Shown here: positions 39,978-53,627 of the stretch, piece after piece
How positions within the stretch are numbered: position 1 is the first letter of the stretch
How the letters are laid out: each line of letters opens with the position of its first letter
From: Camelus dromedarius
Lineage: Eukaryota
Direction of reading: 5' to 3'
NCBI RefSeq assembly: GCF_036321535.1
Contig: NC_087436.1
Coordinates: 50,098,001-50,162,000, forward strand
Length of the DNA: 64,000 nucleotides
Notes under the pieces: generated by a model
Told to the model about the DNA's origin: nothing
Database searches by the model: none
Seen by the model: only the letters and a program-made list of their open reading frames with translations
Position numbers and translations under genes: made by a program

Positions 39978-40335
39978 TGTATCAGTCAAGTTAGAGTAGG
40001 TTTTGCTGCAGTAACAAGCCCAAATCTTCAATCTTAAAACAGCGAAGGTTTATTTCTTAATATTGCTACATGCCTATCACAGACTGAGTTCCGTTTCTGC
40101 TCATCATTCAGGAATTTGTGGTGATGGGGCATCAATCATCTTAAATCTTGCTGTATTCCATTCTGGAGAGAACGGAGATTTCCAAAGAGCCTCACAGTGG
40201 CTATTTCTTCAGACTGGAAGTAGCATTACTCATCCCACAACTAATCAGCCAGAATGAATCTCACAGCCCAACCTACCATGAGAGTTTCAGGAAGTGCAAA
40301 TCTATCTTCTGTCCAGGAAAAGAAGAGTAGAAACT
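39978..40335 (-). mobile_element. MaLR LTR (MLT1J/K-like)
   Basis: tgtatcagtcaag...ggttttgctgcagtaacaa...aaggtttatttctt, cagccagaatgaatctcacagccc. Confidence 0.7.
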
Positions 40336-40849
40336 GGTTTTGAAAAAAAAAAGGTATTAATTACATAGATATTTAATGACTTCCTCTCATCCCCACCACC
40401 TGAGGTCCTTAAGCCTTAGATCTCCCACGGATCTGTGAAGCAGATTGGGTACTTCTCATCGATAAACTTCCCTGTAAGCACATAGATTCTAACTTCTGCC
40501 TCGTGGATGTGTCAATAATTGCTGCCTTCCTCCCTTCAAACCTGCTATTTTCATTTCTGCCAGTCTCTGTTCTAGTAGACTTGCACAATTTGATTGTTTT
40601 ATTTGTCATCTTTGTAGTGTTTTGAAAGGGAACGGAGAAAATTTTTGGATGCAATTGCCATGTTCATGTAGATTTTTGACACACATATGAAGGTATGCAA
40701 ATTTTGACATATCTCAGTCAAAAGCAGGAGTTGCTGTTAATGTCTTTATTTACAGAGAAGAAACTGCTTCCCCCATGATACAATGCAATTTTTTTATTTC
40801 TAGCATTTGGGGGCGGGGGAGCTTCTTTCTTAGAAGTTCCACCTCTCTA

Positions 40850-41265
40850 GTTACATCACCCATCTGTTCTTGCATGCTGCCTACCTTATCCATTTGAGTC
40901 CTTAGCATACAATCAGAACTTTAAAATTCCCAGTCTGATAATTCCAACATCCCTGCCATAGCTCATTCTGATGCTTGCCTTGTCTCTTCAGATTGTGTCT
41001 TTTGCCTTTTGTTATGCCTTGTGATTTCTGTCGCTGTCCAGACCTGATGCGCCTGGCTCAGGATTTTCTGCTCTCACAACCTGTGACTCCCTGTGTTCAC
41101 CCGTCTTCTCTCCAGCCTTGGGGGTCACAGTTGGCCCTGGGTTTGCCTTTCTTATGAATATAAGAAGAGCTGTTGATATTTCAGGCTATTCAGCTTTTTA
41201 CTCCTTGTTGGAATAGAATGGCAACTTCCTGGTTCCTGACTCATTGAACAGGAAACCGGAAGTCC
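40850..41265 (-). mobile_element. Old L1M 5'-end fragment
   Basis: aaattcccagtctgataattccaacatccctgccat...ttgttggaatagaatggcaacttcc...ggaaaccggaagtc. Confidence 0.6.
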
Positions 41266-44164
41266 ATGATACTTTTTTTAAACCATTTCCAATTAAGGTC
41301 AGAGAGTAAAAGTTCCTCAGTAAAGGAAATATATCCGTAAACATATGAACTTTGTGTGTTTATACTCACTCTCAAATAGCACCTAGCAAAGTATCTTGTA
41401 TCTTGGACAATTTCAGTAAATATTATTTGCATTAATAATTTTTTGAAACTTTGATATCACAGAGTTGTAGTGAAAGCACATGTAATAATGCATAAAAAGT
41501 CATTTGTAAGTTAAATCATTACAGCACTGTTAGATTATTGCAAGGTGAACAACCTTCCAATATCTGCATGCAAAGATACTTGATTTTTGGATACTTGATT
41601 AACTTCCTTAATGAACATTCACATGAAGTCCTATAGTGCCAGGTTCTGGGAACACAAAGATGAAGGAATTTCAGTCCCCGTACTTGGAAAGCTCAAAGAC
41701 TGCTGACAATATTGAGGGCTCTTTCAATATTCTATTTTTAAAACATTTTTTTTTAGTATTTGCAAACAAGTGAGCCATGAATTAAAGAAAATATGTCATT
41801 GTTTTACAAATGTCCATAATATTAAAAATAATCTTAACTAAAATTTATTTTTAAAACTTGCTCCAGGGTATTCAAGAATCTTTCATTTTAATCCATGTAA
41901 TACCACAACACTGTTAAGTAAGTTTTATATTTGTTGCCATTCTAAAGATGAATAAACTGAGGTAGAACAGTAGCATGTAAGTTGTCCAATTGGTAGGGTC
42001 AATTTTCAAACCAGGCAAATTCTGAAGCTACATTTTAACCCTTATATACAATAATCAGAAAGTAAATGTATTGTTGATGAAATTAAACACCTTAATACAT
42101 TGTGTTTGGTTCTCTTGTTTATATCCAGAATTTTCAGCATAGCAACTTCCTCAGTGAGGAAAAGAAATAAATAGTCTTTCACACAGAAAGCAGAACTTAC
42201 AGGGGTTAAAATTTTGGAAGTAAGCTTTCAAAGAGTCTTAGGTTCCAGGCCTGTTCTTTCATTTTCTGGTTTTGTGATGTTCATAATTTTATTTACATTC
42301 ATTAAGGTTTAGCTTCTCCATTTGTAAAATGAGGGTAGTAATATTGCGTTCACTATGATTGTTGCAAGGATCAAATGAAATAATGTTCAAATATTTTATA
42401 AAAGTCAGACACCATAATCAATACCTTTTGTTTTCCAGGTACTACTCTGAGTGCCACACGTCCTTACACCAAAGCTAATTGATCAAGGGGTGAGCACTTC
42501 AATTAAAAAGCACCACTGCTATTTGAGACCTTGTATCATAAGATAACTCGGTATCATAAGAGTACAAAGGTTATTTTCTAGATTTTTACCTGCTATTGCT
42601 TTTACTAATAATTTCCTGGTCTCATATATTTGTATAGTCTTAACTGATCAAATTTTATTTGGTTTCTTATGAAGTATGTATGACTGCTTTTTAAAAAATC
42701 TCCTGCTTTTCTTTTCCCATATTTTTTTCTATATCTGTATAGTATTATCTTGCATTTGTGTCATTTGTAGTCTCTATAGTTTCAAGAAACTATTTTTCTA
42801 ATGTTAGGGTAAAATTATTCATCAATCCACTGTTTTTTTTCAGAAATCATTTGGATTCTGAAAGGGCAAAGATTATAATTATTTTATGCCTACAATGTAT
42901 ACCTAATGCAAGAAAAGTCTTATTGAAGGATAACTTTTGAAAATCCAAGATATACAAATACAAAATAATTTTTAAGATAATTGAGAGTAAAAGTTAAGCA
43001 GGTGATCCTTTTAATTCAGCTAGGGATGGTAATAAATGTGCAAAACAATGATGCAGAATTGAAAAATTAAACCATGGAATATGTCATTTGTTAAATAGCT
43101 TAATAGAGTCACAAAGAATGATTATATTTGGCCAAGAAACATATGGTTTTTGCCCCCACATCTTATTCAAATCATTATAAATTAATATCTTCTGCATAAA
43201 TTGTTGTTTAAAAAAAACATGCAGAAATATGATAATGTGGATTCTGGAATTTTGCTTTTCTTGCCACTTTTATAATACTGTTTAAAGTTTATGATATGGC
43301 TATTTCCCATCCAGCAGTATTTGTAAACACATTTTCTAAGTTGCAAATTTTTAGTTGCTTGTTAGTAAAACAAGAAAACTTGAATCAGTGCACACACTTC
43401 CAACATACTGCGATCACTGTCACACTTCCTTCCCGATTGGTACAGAAATTTTCAAATGAGACCTAAAAGACCCTAAAAATTAAGTTTCCTATTCTCTCTA
43501 AGAATACCACCAGTGTCAGAAGGGTAAAACTAAACCAAATTTTGAAAGAAGGTATCACATTAGGCAACTCAAGTTAGACTGAGTGTCCCATTGTAAGTCT
43601 TTTATATAAAAGTTTCCTGTGGTTCCAGGGAACTACGCTTTCGGCCTGCTGACTCTTCACAAATTCTCTGCCCAGTACACAGTCTAACACCATTGATATA
43701 TGTCGATTAACGAATGAGGTCATTGTCATTATTGTTGATAACTATGATACTGCACACTATGGGATGAAGTTTGCTATAAATCAAGGCACTATTTTTTTAT
43801 GCTTTCCAAAAAGAATTTCTTAAAAAAGAGTAAAGGGATCTCATCTCAAGATATTTAATTTAAAATGTATTCTCTCATGTATGGCTTTCAGAATGACTTT
43901 ATAGTTCCAATGAACACTGACTCTAAGAAAATGTTCTCCTACATCACTTTTGATACTCTCCAATCCTACATTTTTATGTCAAACATACATTTTTCCCTAC
44001 TTCACTCAGTCCTTCAGTTGTTCAATGCTCCTTCCCCTAGAGTGGTGTTCCAAGGCGGAACCAGAGTCCCTAGTTTCTCTAAGATCCATATAGGAGTTTC
44101 ATTCTACATGAGTAACAGAAACACTGGCCTAAACATTCTTACTTTAACAAAGGAAGACAGAAAT

Positions 44165-44470
44165 TGTAGATGCCTACTAAATCTGGGCTTGCCTTATCTT
44201 TCAAATGATCAGAACACTGATTTCCTGCCACTCAGCTATGAGAGTATATTTCCCATCCCCTCCCCAGTATACAGGCCCATGTGACTCACATATAGATAAG
44301 GAGATGCAGGTAGATATGTAGTGGGGCTCTCAGGAAACCTCCTTTAAGTGAGGAGGCGCAGCCCTTTTCTCCCTTTTCCATTTCACTGCTTGAAACATGA
44401 AAATGATGACAAACTCCAAAAGCATCTCAAACCAAAGGGACAAGGGTTACATAACAGCTACAGAAAACTG
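44165..44470 (+). mobile_element. MaLR LTR fragment (MLT1J-like)
   Basis: tatatttcccatccc...ggcccatgtgact...ggggctctcaggaaacctcctttaa. Confidence 0.55.
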
Positions 44471-45194
44471 ATCCCATTGCCTCCCTGGTGACAGTCTTAC
44501 AGATTCGTGAACACAGTGCCACATAAAGCTGTGCATGCTCTAATAAATGAACACAGAGATCAAAAAGAGGAGCTCAGGCCTGTGCAGAAATTAAGGTTGT
44601 TCAGAACATTTAAAAGCTATTGTGAAAACTTTTCTTTCTAGACTACTGCATAGAACATATTAACAAAGCACTGGATCATTGTAATCACTATAACACTAAT
44701 TTCCATATATATAAAATACATGTAGATGCACATATATGTATTTAACATTATGATATTAAGTGAACTTATTTTTTACATATAATTTTAAATTTAATAGTAA
44801 AAATGTTTAGTAAACTATTTAGTATTAATTTTAAGGTATTAGTTAAGTGTTACAGAAATAATCAAGGTTGAATTCTGATAACATTTGTGATTTTGTAATA
44901 TTCCTTATCCGTTTAGGTTGGCAAAGTCAAATTCTGTATATCCATCCTAGACAAGGGCATCTAACATGAGACCCTGGGTTTACTTCTCCACTTTGAAACT
45001 GCTTTGCCTCTCTTTCCTCTTTCGCACTTTTCAATTTAAATTTTCTATGTATGCCTTCATCTTAGCCTGAACATTTTTCCATTTATTTTCTTATCTTCTC
45101 TCATACACGTTTCTTCTCTTACTTCTGGGACTTCTTTCACTGTTGAGAATATGCTCATCCTGGTTATTCTTACTCTATACTGGTTCTGCCTTGA

Positions 45195-45500
45195 TTTATG
45201 CTCCAAGAGATAGACTCCCAAGGACTGTACTCCTAAGGTCAGGGCTTGGTGCTGGCCAGGTTTATATTTTGTTCTGCCAGTGGAAGGCAAGAAGAGGGTA
45301 TAGGAGGCTGCAGGGAGAGAAGTACAGCTTTTCTTCTTCCCTCCAACACTGGGGGCCGTGTTTCTTGCAGCGGCTGATGGCTGCATAACTCTAGCTCCTT
45401 CCTTTTCCTCTTCAGATCTAGGTCTGGGAAGCGGGTAAACATTCTTTGTTGGTTTCTTAAGGACTACCCAAACCTCTGAAAACACTCCCTTTATTTTGCA
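45195..45500 (+). mobile_element. Old ERVL LTR fragment (LTR33/LTR50-like)
   Basis: gttctgccagtggaaggca, cctcttcagatctagg, ccaaacctctgaaaacactccctttatt. Confidence 0.5.
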
Positions 45501-45699
45501 TTATTTAACAGAATGCTAATGTTCATCTTGCCTTCACTGACTACCCACTTCCACAAAAAAGATGCTGTCAATCATTTTCTCCGGTCATGATTATATCCTA
45601 TCTATCTATGTATCTATCCATCTATGTATCTTTTAGAAGTAAAGTGAATATAATGAGTTTCACACTCACCTACTCAACTACAATTATTCCTCTGAAGTT

Positions 45700-46700
45700 C
45701 CCTTGTGACCTTCTGTATTCTCAATCCAATGACATTATTTATGGCCTCCGTCTCCTTAATATCTCTAAGGTGATTAATTTTGATGACCACTTGCTTATGA
45801 ATGCTCTTTATTTCACTGTTCTCCTGTGATTCCCTTTCACCCTTCTCTTTCCTTGGCTCTTCTCTGTCTTTCCTCTCTCTCTTCAGTGTGATACTTTTCA
45901 AAATTCTACTCATTCTTCCAGGCACTTGCATGAACTTAATGACCATATGTAAATCTGGAAACCTGTGCCATTTGCTGAATTCTGGATCTCATTTAACTGT
46001 ATAACACAGCCATTCCTTCTCAAAGTCTTAGAATCATCATGATTTCTTCCTTTTTTTCCCTTCACATAAACCCAAGTGATTTATTTCACGTCTATCTTAG
46101 CTTCATCTCTTGACGCAGTCCCCCTTTTGTTTCCCTCTTCACTTGCCCTAGTGAAGGCACTGTTTCCTCTATTTTGTATTATTGTAGGAGTTCCCACCCA
46201 GATTTTTCTAACTATGCTTTTTCCTGTGTATTATATTCTACCACAACGTCATGACTTTTCTGCTCAGAATTCCTTATTGGCTGTCCATGGCATCAATCTA
46301 AACTTCTAAAGATGATGCAAAAGATTCTATTTCATTTGGCCCCAGTCTGACTCTCAGGTTAATCTCAGTCCTCTCTAATTCCTAACTCACTTCACTGTTT
46401 TCACTCAACCTGTCCCTCAGTCTGGTAAACAAGCTTCAAGTCTAACTTCGTTTCTCAAAGGCATGTCTGTATCTGAGACAACGCAAATGACGCTCTGCTT
46501 CCTGATCTCCACTTGAGAGTAGTTTCTCCCTCCCAGGACTCCAACACAAACGTCATTTTTTTTTAAATTACTGGCTGCCTTCCTTTAGAGACAGGTACAG
46601 TCCAAATCTTATTTCACATAATATTTTGTATGCAACAGAAGACAAGAATTATGTTATCACTGTATTCCTCAGAATGTCCAGCAAAGCACCTACAAGAATG
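45700..46700 (+). mobile_element. L2 fragment(s)
   Basis: Pyrimidine-rich decayed L2 ORF2/3' sequence ending tgtattcctcagaatgtccagcaaagcacc. Confidence 0.6.
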
Positions 46701-48529
46701 GTGCTAATCTGATTAATTTACATTTTGATGGATTCAGCTCACTATGGCTCACGGAAATGCTCCTGTGACTGTTGCCAGATTCCCAAAATTCTCAGCATTA
46801 AATCAATTAACCAAATCTTTTGGAAATGCTCTCTTCTGTTATAACCTAAAACAGGGTTGGTCGTTGCTCAATGTAATTGGATGTGCCAAAAGTTCAGTTG
46901 TTCTGATTCTCCATGGACTACCTAGACAGATGGTCAACTGGCTGGAGCCCAGAAATGCTAGTTCTACCTATTAAGAACCATCAAAACAACTAAATCTTAC
47001 AAATTCTGACAAAACTATTACATTTTTATTGTGCTGATTTGCTTAGAGTTGCAACCATTTGCAAATAACTGTATTTCTTAAGGAAATGTATTTGGATAAG
47101 TGAAAATACTTTAGAACTTGAACTTCAAGAATCACAACATTAGAATGTCTTCCTAGTTTTGATTTATTACTTTCACTTTGAAATTTTTAGTTAAGTACTT
47201 CATAATGTGGGAGGGGGCACTATACCTTGAACTATTACAATTTAATCTTGGTTTAAAAAGACTAAGTTAGAAACTGTGCAATAAAGGGCATTTACATCAC
47301 AGCAAAGTTAAAATAACTCAGTCAGTCTGCAAGTAAGTGCCCAAGTACCAGAGGCAGGTAATACAAGAATCCAAAATGAATTCTATTCTCAGAGGTGACA
47401 GAGAACTGATTCTCCAGCATGCTTGGAGGAGGCCCTAAGGTTAGATCAACTTGGATGGAATTTCCTGTTTTGCTGCATGAAATTTCCATGAAGAAAATGG
47501 AAGACGGGAGAAGAGAGAGGAAAAAAATGAATAAAAACAAATGAAAAGAAACCCACAAAAAAATTGCATGGTTTCAAATTCCAGATATAGAATTTTAAAT
47601 AGAAATAAGTAAAACCACATTAATGTTAGATATCCCTTTCAATTTGGGTTTTATTTGCACAATGGTGAGCATGTTCACACGTGCATTAAACAAAAACGAA
47701 CTGAAGCAGCAATTTGATTCAAAAAGACTAAAATGACCGTTTATTTCTAAAGCACAAGATGTTTGAGATCAAAGACATGTATCAGACGAACACCTAAACT
47801 CTAAAATGTGACTAGTCTGTCCCAACTCTATCATTAAAAATTAATAATACTGGTATTTCTGGGACTCTGTTTAGAAGCAGTTATAGTAACAGTTATATAA
47901 TTTTAAAAATCTAAAATTTGGATTTTTTTTTTATATTTTGACTCAGGCCTTCTGTTCTTAGCTTGTAAAGAAAATACTTTCTATGGGATTGCCTATATTT
48001 CTTTACTTCAGCAACATAGCAGCAAGCCCAGAGACACACAATCTATAAGAAAATATAAGAAGTGTTTATATAAGTATTAAATTCCTACTAGTTCAAACAT
48101 CTGCTGTATTATTTTCAAGTTCATTTGAGAAACATTTCAAAACAAATAATGTTATTAATTATCCAATGGCAGTCGTGAGTTAAAAAATGTAAGGAAATAC
48201 AAGGAAAGAATAATATTATACGAAATCACATTCTCCAATGTCTATACCATTTTTTCAATACATTAAAATAAGAAAAAAAAAATACTTCCTTCCCCCACCA
48301 AGAGAAGGAAGAGGAGGAGAAGATCAGCTTTTCCAACGCCAGACTGAAAACCACAGGGTAAAAAATTCATAGCTGTAAAGCTGTGAAGGTTTTTATTCTT
48401 AGAAGATATAAATCAGGATTACTATTAGGTCAAGAGCATTACACAGAATTTTAAAGAAAGCATTAGGTGGGTGGTAACTGCCATTACTTTGTGCCCATAA
48501 CCTAAAAACAAATTAGCTTTGCCTTTTAC

Positions 48530-48592
48530 CACCATCAAACATATCCGCAGAGTTACGGAAAAAAATGCGATTTTCTTGCTTGCATTTTCTTT
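48530..48592 (-). other. Candidate 63-nt exon
   Basis: Branch-point-like tactaat plus acceptor ttgtttgtccag; donor GTG|gtaaaa; 3 CpGs. Phases 0 and 1 are open; phase 2 has a stop. Confidence 0.35.
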
Positions 48593-49009
48593 CTGGACAA
48601 ACAATTATGATTAGTAAAATCACACCACCTTCGTGAAGGCTTTCATCCAGCAAATACTTGTGAGCTCTTGACATGCATTTCAGGTACCAACTTCTTCTCA
48701 AACTTTATCTAATTGGTCTGGGGCTTATCATTCTCTCATCATAATATTCTAGCACATAATTTTTAAAAATAGAGTGGCATTGTGTTTGTTTTATGTCACG
48801 TCAAATGTTTTTTTCTTAAGAATCACATGGAACACACCAAGGGAGGGAGAATTTTCAAAACTTAAAGAGACTGCAATAAGATTTAGAAAGAGCAGAAGAA
48901 ACAGCAGAAAGAAGCCACTACACTTGGACAATCTAATGCTTTCAGGTGAAAAACTTCCTTGTTTGGCTAAACCAAAGCATGGGGTAAGCACATTGGGCTG
49001 ACCCTGTCC

Positions 49010-49350
49010 TGTCTTCTCCATCGAGTTGCCTGTGCAACAGTCAAGTCAACCCTGCGGTGACCTGTGTTGATCATCAAGACGTCTGAACTAAACGGTTCTG
49101 CCGTGCCAGGAGGGTCTGTTTGCTTGGACATACAGGCACAGCAAGACACGCACAGGAATATTAATTACGGAGATGAGCGAGGAGAAGAGGACACATGCTG
49201 GAAAGCCCGCAGAAAGAAGCTGTCTCATCTCACGCAGAGTCTACAGCACACACAGCCGCTCTCCTGCTCGCTGAGCACAGGCGGAGCTGCGGCCCCGCTG
49301 CTTTATGTTAATTAGAGAATAAATAAGTGGCCAACTGTAGTCTGCGGGCA
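49010..49350 (-). promoter_or_regulatory. CpG-retaining unique segment, candidate promoter or enhancer
   Basis: About 16 CpGs in about 330 bp against a depleted background. Minus-strand CATAAAG at 49301-49307 precedes a GC-rich stretch. TAATTA motifs present. Confidence 0.45.
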
Positions 49351-49516
49351 TATGTTGGTCAACTGTCTCTGCCTAATTAGGTTGTAAGCCCACTGGGCAG
49401 GGGCCTCATTTAAATCTACGTTCTGGAAAGCACTTAGCGCCTTTGTTGAAGCCTAGTGAAATGCAAGAGACTAGGGCAAATGGCTGAGGGTTAATAAGTA
49501 AGAAGAAACTTTAAGA

Positions 49517-49520
<4 letters not shown>

Positions 49521-49580
<60 letters not shown>
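49521..49580. repeat. (GT)30 microsatellite
   Basis: Perfect 60-bp run. Confidence 0.98.
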
Positions 49581-49583
<3 letters not shown>

Positions 49584-51550
49584 GCATCCTTTGGGCAAAG
49601 AATGGAATTTTACTTTTGATAGACTAATGCCCCATATATATCTCTATGTAGCTTAATAAGCATATGTGTAATTTATATAAAATTTGGATATAATTTAATA
49701 GATTCACAATAAAATAAATTCTATAAAACATTATATGTAGAATTTAGAAATTATGTAGAGCATTTGTAAATGTAATAAACATAAACATCAGACGAAATAG
49801 ATACTAGTTCAAGTGCCAGAATATGTATACCATATACTGGTTGTGTGCATGGGTGTTATAAGTGTGAGTGTGTGTATTTGTGTTTACAGGGTGCAATAAT
49901 GCAATGTATGGATGCATTTAACTGCACACATAGTTGGCTAAATATTCAGACACCCATTAAAATGTCTAGGCAGTGATGTTCTGTCTTTTATATTTTTGTT
50001 TGTGGAGTTCAGGGAAGTCTCTTGTCTCTTCCTGTATCCTCTGATGTCTGTCACTCCATCATGTCTGTTGCTCTTAGTTTCAGAAGAGTGGGATTAAGTG
50101 CCAGTAGCAAAGGGCAAGAGAGTGGAAATTAAAATATACATATTTATATATATGTGTGTGTTTATATGTTTTTGTGTGTTTAAAGACTACTTCTTTCCTG
50201 TGCGGAGTCATCATTCATTTCTTTAAACTCCCACAGCATTAAATTATATACTGTCTTCCATTTACATGTGTGTACATGTGCATGCATCTGTCCGTGACAC
50301 GTTTTTTTCCCTCAAGAGGCTATAAGACATCCAAGGATAAAGACTAAACTTTGTCTTACATTTTTAGCATTTCCCCCTAGTGCTAGCCAAAGAAATTTCC
50401 AACAAATAGTTGATGGTTGACTAAAACTATGTTTACGTACTGTGTATTTTTAAACTTCTACATTAAGACAAATTTGCTAATTGCATGAATACTTAAACTG
50501 CTTTATACTTTGATTCATTATAAATATTAGTACACATCATAGAGAAGGAATACAACAGTGGCTCTGGCAGGAAGTATCTGGTTTAATGTATTTGCTCACG
50601 TACAGTTATCATAGAATGTAGATATTAATGTCCTTCAAACACTTATTAGAAAAATATTGTCTAAAACACCTGCTTTTTATTTTCTCTCCCCTAGATTTAA
50701 AGAAATTTGACATTTTAGAATATAATAGGAAATATATGTTAGTCTTAAGGCCAAATTTGTATCTTCTTCCACAAATCTCTTATGCTGCGCAGTGGGGGCC
50801 CTCTGAAGACAGAAGGCAGGCATTTGGAAACCGATGGCAAAGATGGTCAACGGTTTGGTTACTGTCCTCTTTTATATAGAGAAGAAAGTAGGGATTTAAA
50901 AATTATTAGATCAATTTATTCACTTAGGAATTCCCTTTAGTAGTATATTGTTTGAAGCAGTTACCCTCAAATGTCAAATTTTTCTGACAATGTATCCATA
51001 CCCTGCTTGTTCATTCTTCCATCTGAAAGTTTGTTCAACATTGCTCTCTGCCTCCTCTTTCTGCCTCCACACGGTGAAAACCAGTGGCCCCCAATGTAAT
51101 AATTATCCTGGCTTAGACTCCCAGGAATACTTCTAGGAAAAGAGGCCAAATTCTCCCTCAAAAATCCTCAGATACTCCAAAGCTAACCAAGGACTCAATA
51201 ACGAAAAATAAACTCTGGCTTTGGTTCTGAATCTTGGCCTCAGTCTGCTCTTCTACTTTCTATCTCCCTTCCCGTTCTCCACGTGTTACTTCTTCTAACT
51301 GAGCTTGGGTACACTGTGTTTACCTCTTTAAAAATACATGACTGTGTTCTGGTGACTTTCTGGGTACCACAGTCACCATCTACAGCTAGAGCCTAATATA
51401 GCCCTTGCTGATTTGCTCTCAGAGACTGGAGAACAGTAACTGCCCACAGCCTGGAACCTGGAGTAGGGCTTCTCATCAACAGAGCACCTGCCGTCGGCTA
51501 CTATCCTACTGGGATTTCCATGCTTAGCTTTCCCTGGCAACTGGAATATT

Positions 51551-51794
51551 CTTTTCTTTTTTTTTAATTGAAGTAGAGTAGGTTTACGATGTTGTGTTAA
51601 TGTCTGGCGTACAGCACAGTGATTCAGTTATACAGGTATATATTCCTTTTCATGTTCTTTTTCACCATAGGTTATTACAAGATATTGAATGCAGTCCCCT
51701 GTGCTAACCAGTAGGACCTTGTTATTTATCTGTTTTATATACAGTAGTTAGTATCTGCAAATCCCCAACTCCCAATTTATCCCTCCCCCGACCC
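51551..51794 (-). mobile_element. L1 3'UTR fragment
   Basis: Poly-T, then ttaattgaagtagagtag...gtacagcacagtgattcag...ggttattacaagatattgaat...ctcccaatttatccctccc. Confidence 0.88.
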
Positions 51795-52610
51795 CTTGTT
51801 CTCTTCACAGATAGAGGCAGATGTATATTTGTTGCTTGGTCTTAGACTTTGTCTGGTCTTCGTTCTCCTTTCTCTGGAATTAGTAACTCTGTTTCCAGTT
51901 TTTATTTTAGCATCTCCTTGGATGACACACTTGCCTCTGGAGGTGCCTTTTTAAATCAATAAATGTATCAAGAGTTGGTAGTACCTAGGACTGGATGTCG
52001 CCTGCCTGTCCTTTCCTTTTCCATTTGTATAATTCCTTCTTACCCATGATTTTTTAAATTTCTTCCTCAAAGAAACTTTGTAAAATCAGTTTATACCCAC
52101 ACATCCATGAATCCTCTAAATGAAATCAATCTTTACCATTTCTTCTCCTTCAACACTCTAGCCATCAATCTGTGTTTTGGAAACTTATATGCTACCTCCC
52201 TAATTAAATAGAATTTTCTAGATATTGATAATTTAAATTATTATTGCAATTTTAATCTAAATATGACCATACACCAAGCACTTGATAACCACTTTATATT
52301 CATTATCTCATTTGCTTTTTATGATATCCATTTGTAGTAAGCATTAGGCCCATTTTTAATGCAGAAAATGTGCATTAGAGAGAGTAAGTTCCTCGACCAA
52401 TGTCATCTAGCTAGTAACAATAGAGCCAGATCATTTGTTTTACTTTCTTGCTTACCATTTTGTAGCATATATTTATGCTTTTATTATCTACCTCCCCTTC
52501 TACCAGAATATAAATCCTTAAGGGCAGAAATTTTAATCTCTTCTGGTCACTGTTGTGTCTAGAACAATACTTGGCCTCTAGTAGGTTAAGCCTCTCTGTT
52601 TCTCTCTCTG

Positions 52611-52613
<3 letters not shown>

Positions 52614-52645
<32 letters not shown>
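52614..52645. repeat. (AC)16 microsatellite
   Basis: Read directly. Confidence 0.95.
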
Positions 52646-52647
<2 letters not shown>

Positions 52648-53508
52648 CAATGCATCGTAAAATAAGTAAGTAAATTACCTAAGCTCCAACTAAGTGTAAG
52701 GCAAATGCTTTTTATCCATCAAGGCCTGCCTCAAATGCTGGGGCTGTGAATCTTTCCTGGACCTTTCACTCATCTCCCAAACTGGAAGTGATCTTACCCT
52801 TCCATATACTCTGGCCCTTTTCTGGCTCTGATCTGTCTTATAGTTCATTATTTACCTGTTGGCCTAAGCACTAATAAACATAAAGCATTTGTCAATATTA
52901 AAAAAAAAAAAAAAACTCAAAATTTAAAAACTTTTTTCATTAAAAAAATTTTAAATACATATTTATTTTGGTTTTCTTTAACCAGCTCTCTCAAAGAAGA
53001 CAATGAGGAAAGAGGTAACGAGGCAGCCTCAGCTGTGCCTAGATTTCCAAAAGTCACTTTTCAAAGAAGGAAAGGGCATCAGTGGCCAGTTGGGAGACTT
53101 GGCTTTGTTTTCTGTGACTTCCCTGCTGCCTCACAGGCATGACAAAGCCAGTGCCAGGCACATTCCTCCTCTCTAGGAAGGTGTAGTTAAGTGTGACTGG
53201 TGAAAGAAAGGAGACCATTGTTCAGTGGAGCAAAGCATCATGGGATTGATGGTCCCGGCAGAGGCTCCAACACCCACCAGGCACAGCTGGCCACCAGCAA
53301 GGCGCTCCTGTGAGCATGCTGGCCCCCACCCTGGCCCCACCTATGCTTTCCCCTTGAATGAATAGATGGAAGGAGGATAGAAATATTCTATTCTATACCT
53401 GTATATATACATAAATATTCTATTCTATTCATGTATACAAATATATTCTATAGAATAGTCTATATAACATATTCACTTTATATTATATAGAGAATACATA
53501 TAATCTCA

Positions 53509-53627
53509 TGTTGTACCCCTTTCCTTATTTGTTGATTGATTTTATATGTAATCTACATATATACAGAGAGAGAAAATACATAGAATATAACATATAATCA
53601 ATCAACAAATAAGGAAATGGTAAAACA
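53509..53627. repeat. Inverted repeat with ~40-bp arms and a 22-bp perfect core
   Basis: tttccttatttgttgattgatt (53520-53541) is the exact reverse complement of 53596-53617. The arms extend imperfectly to 53509-53549 and 53590-53627. Confidence 0.9.
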
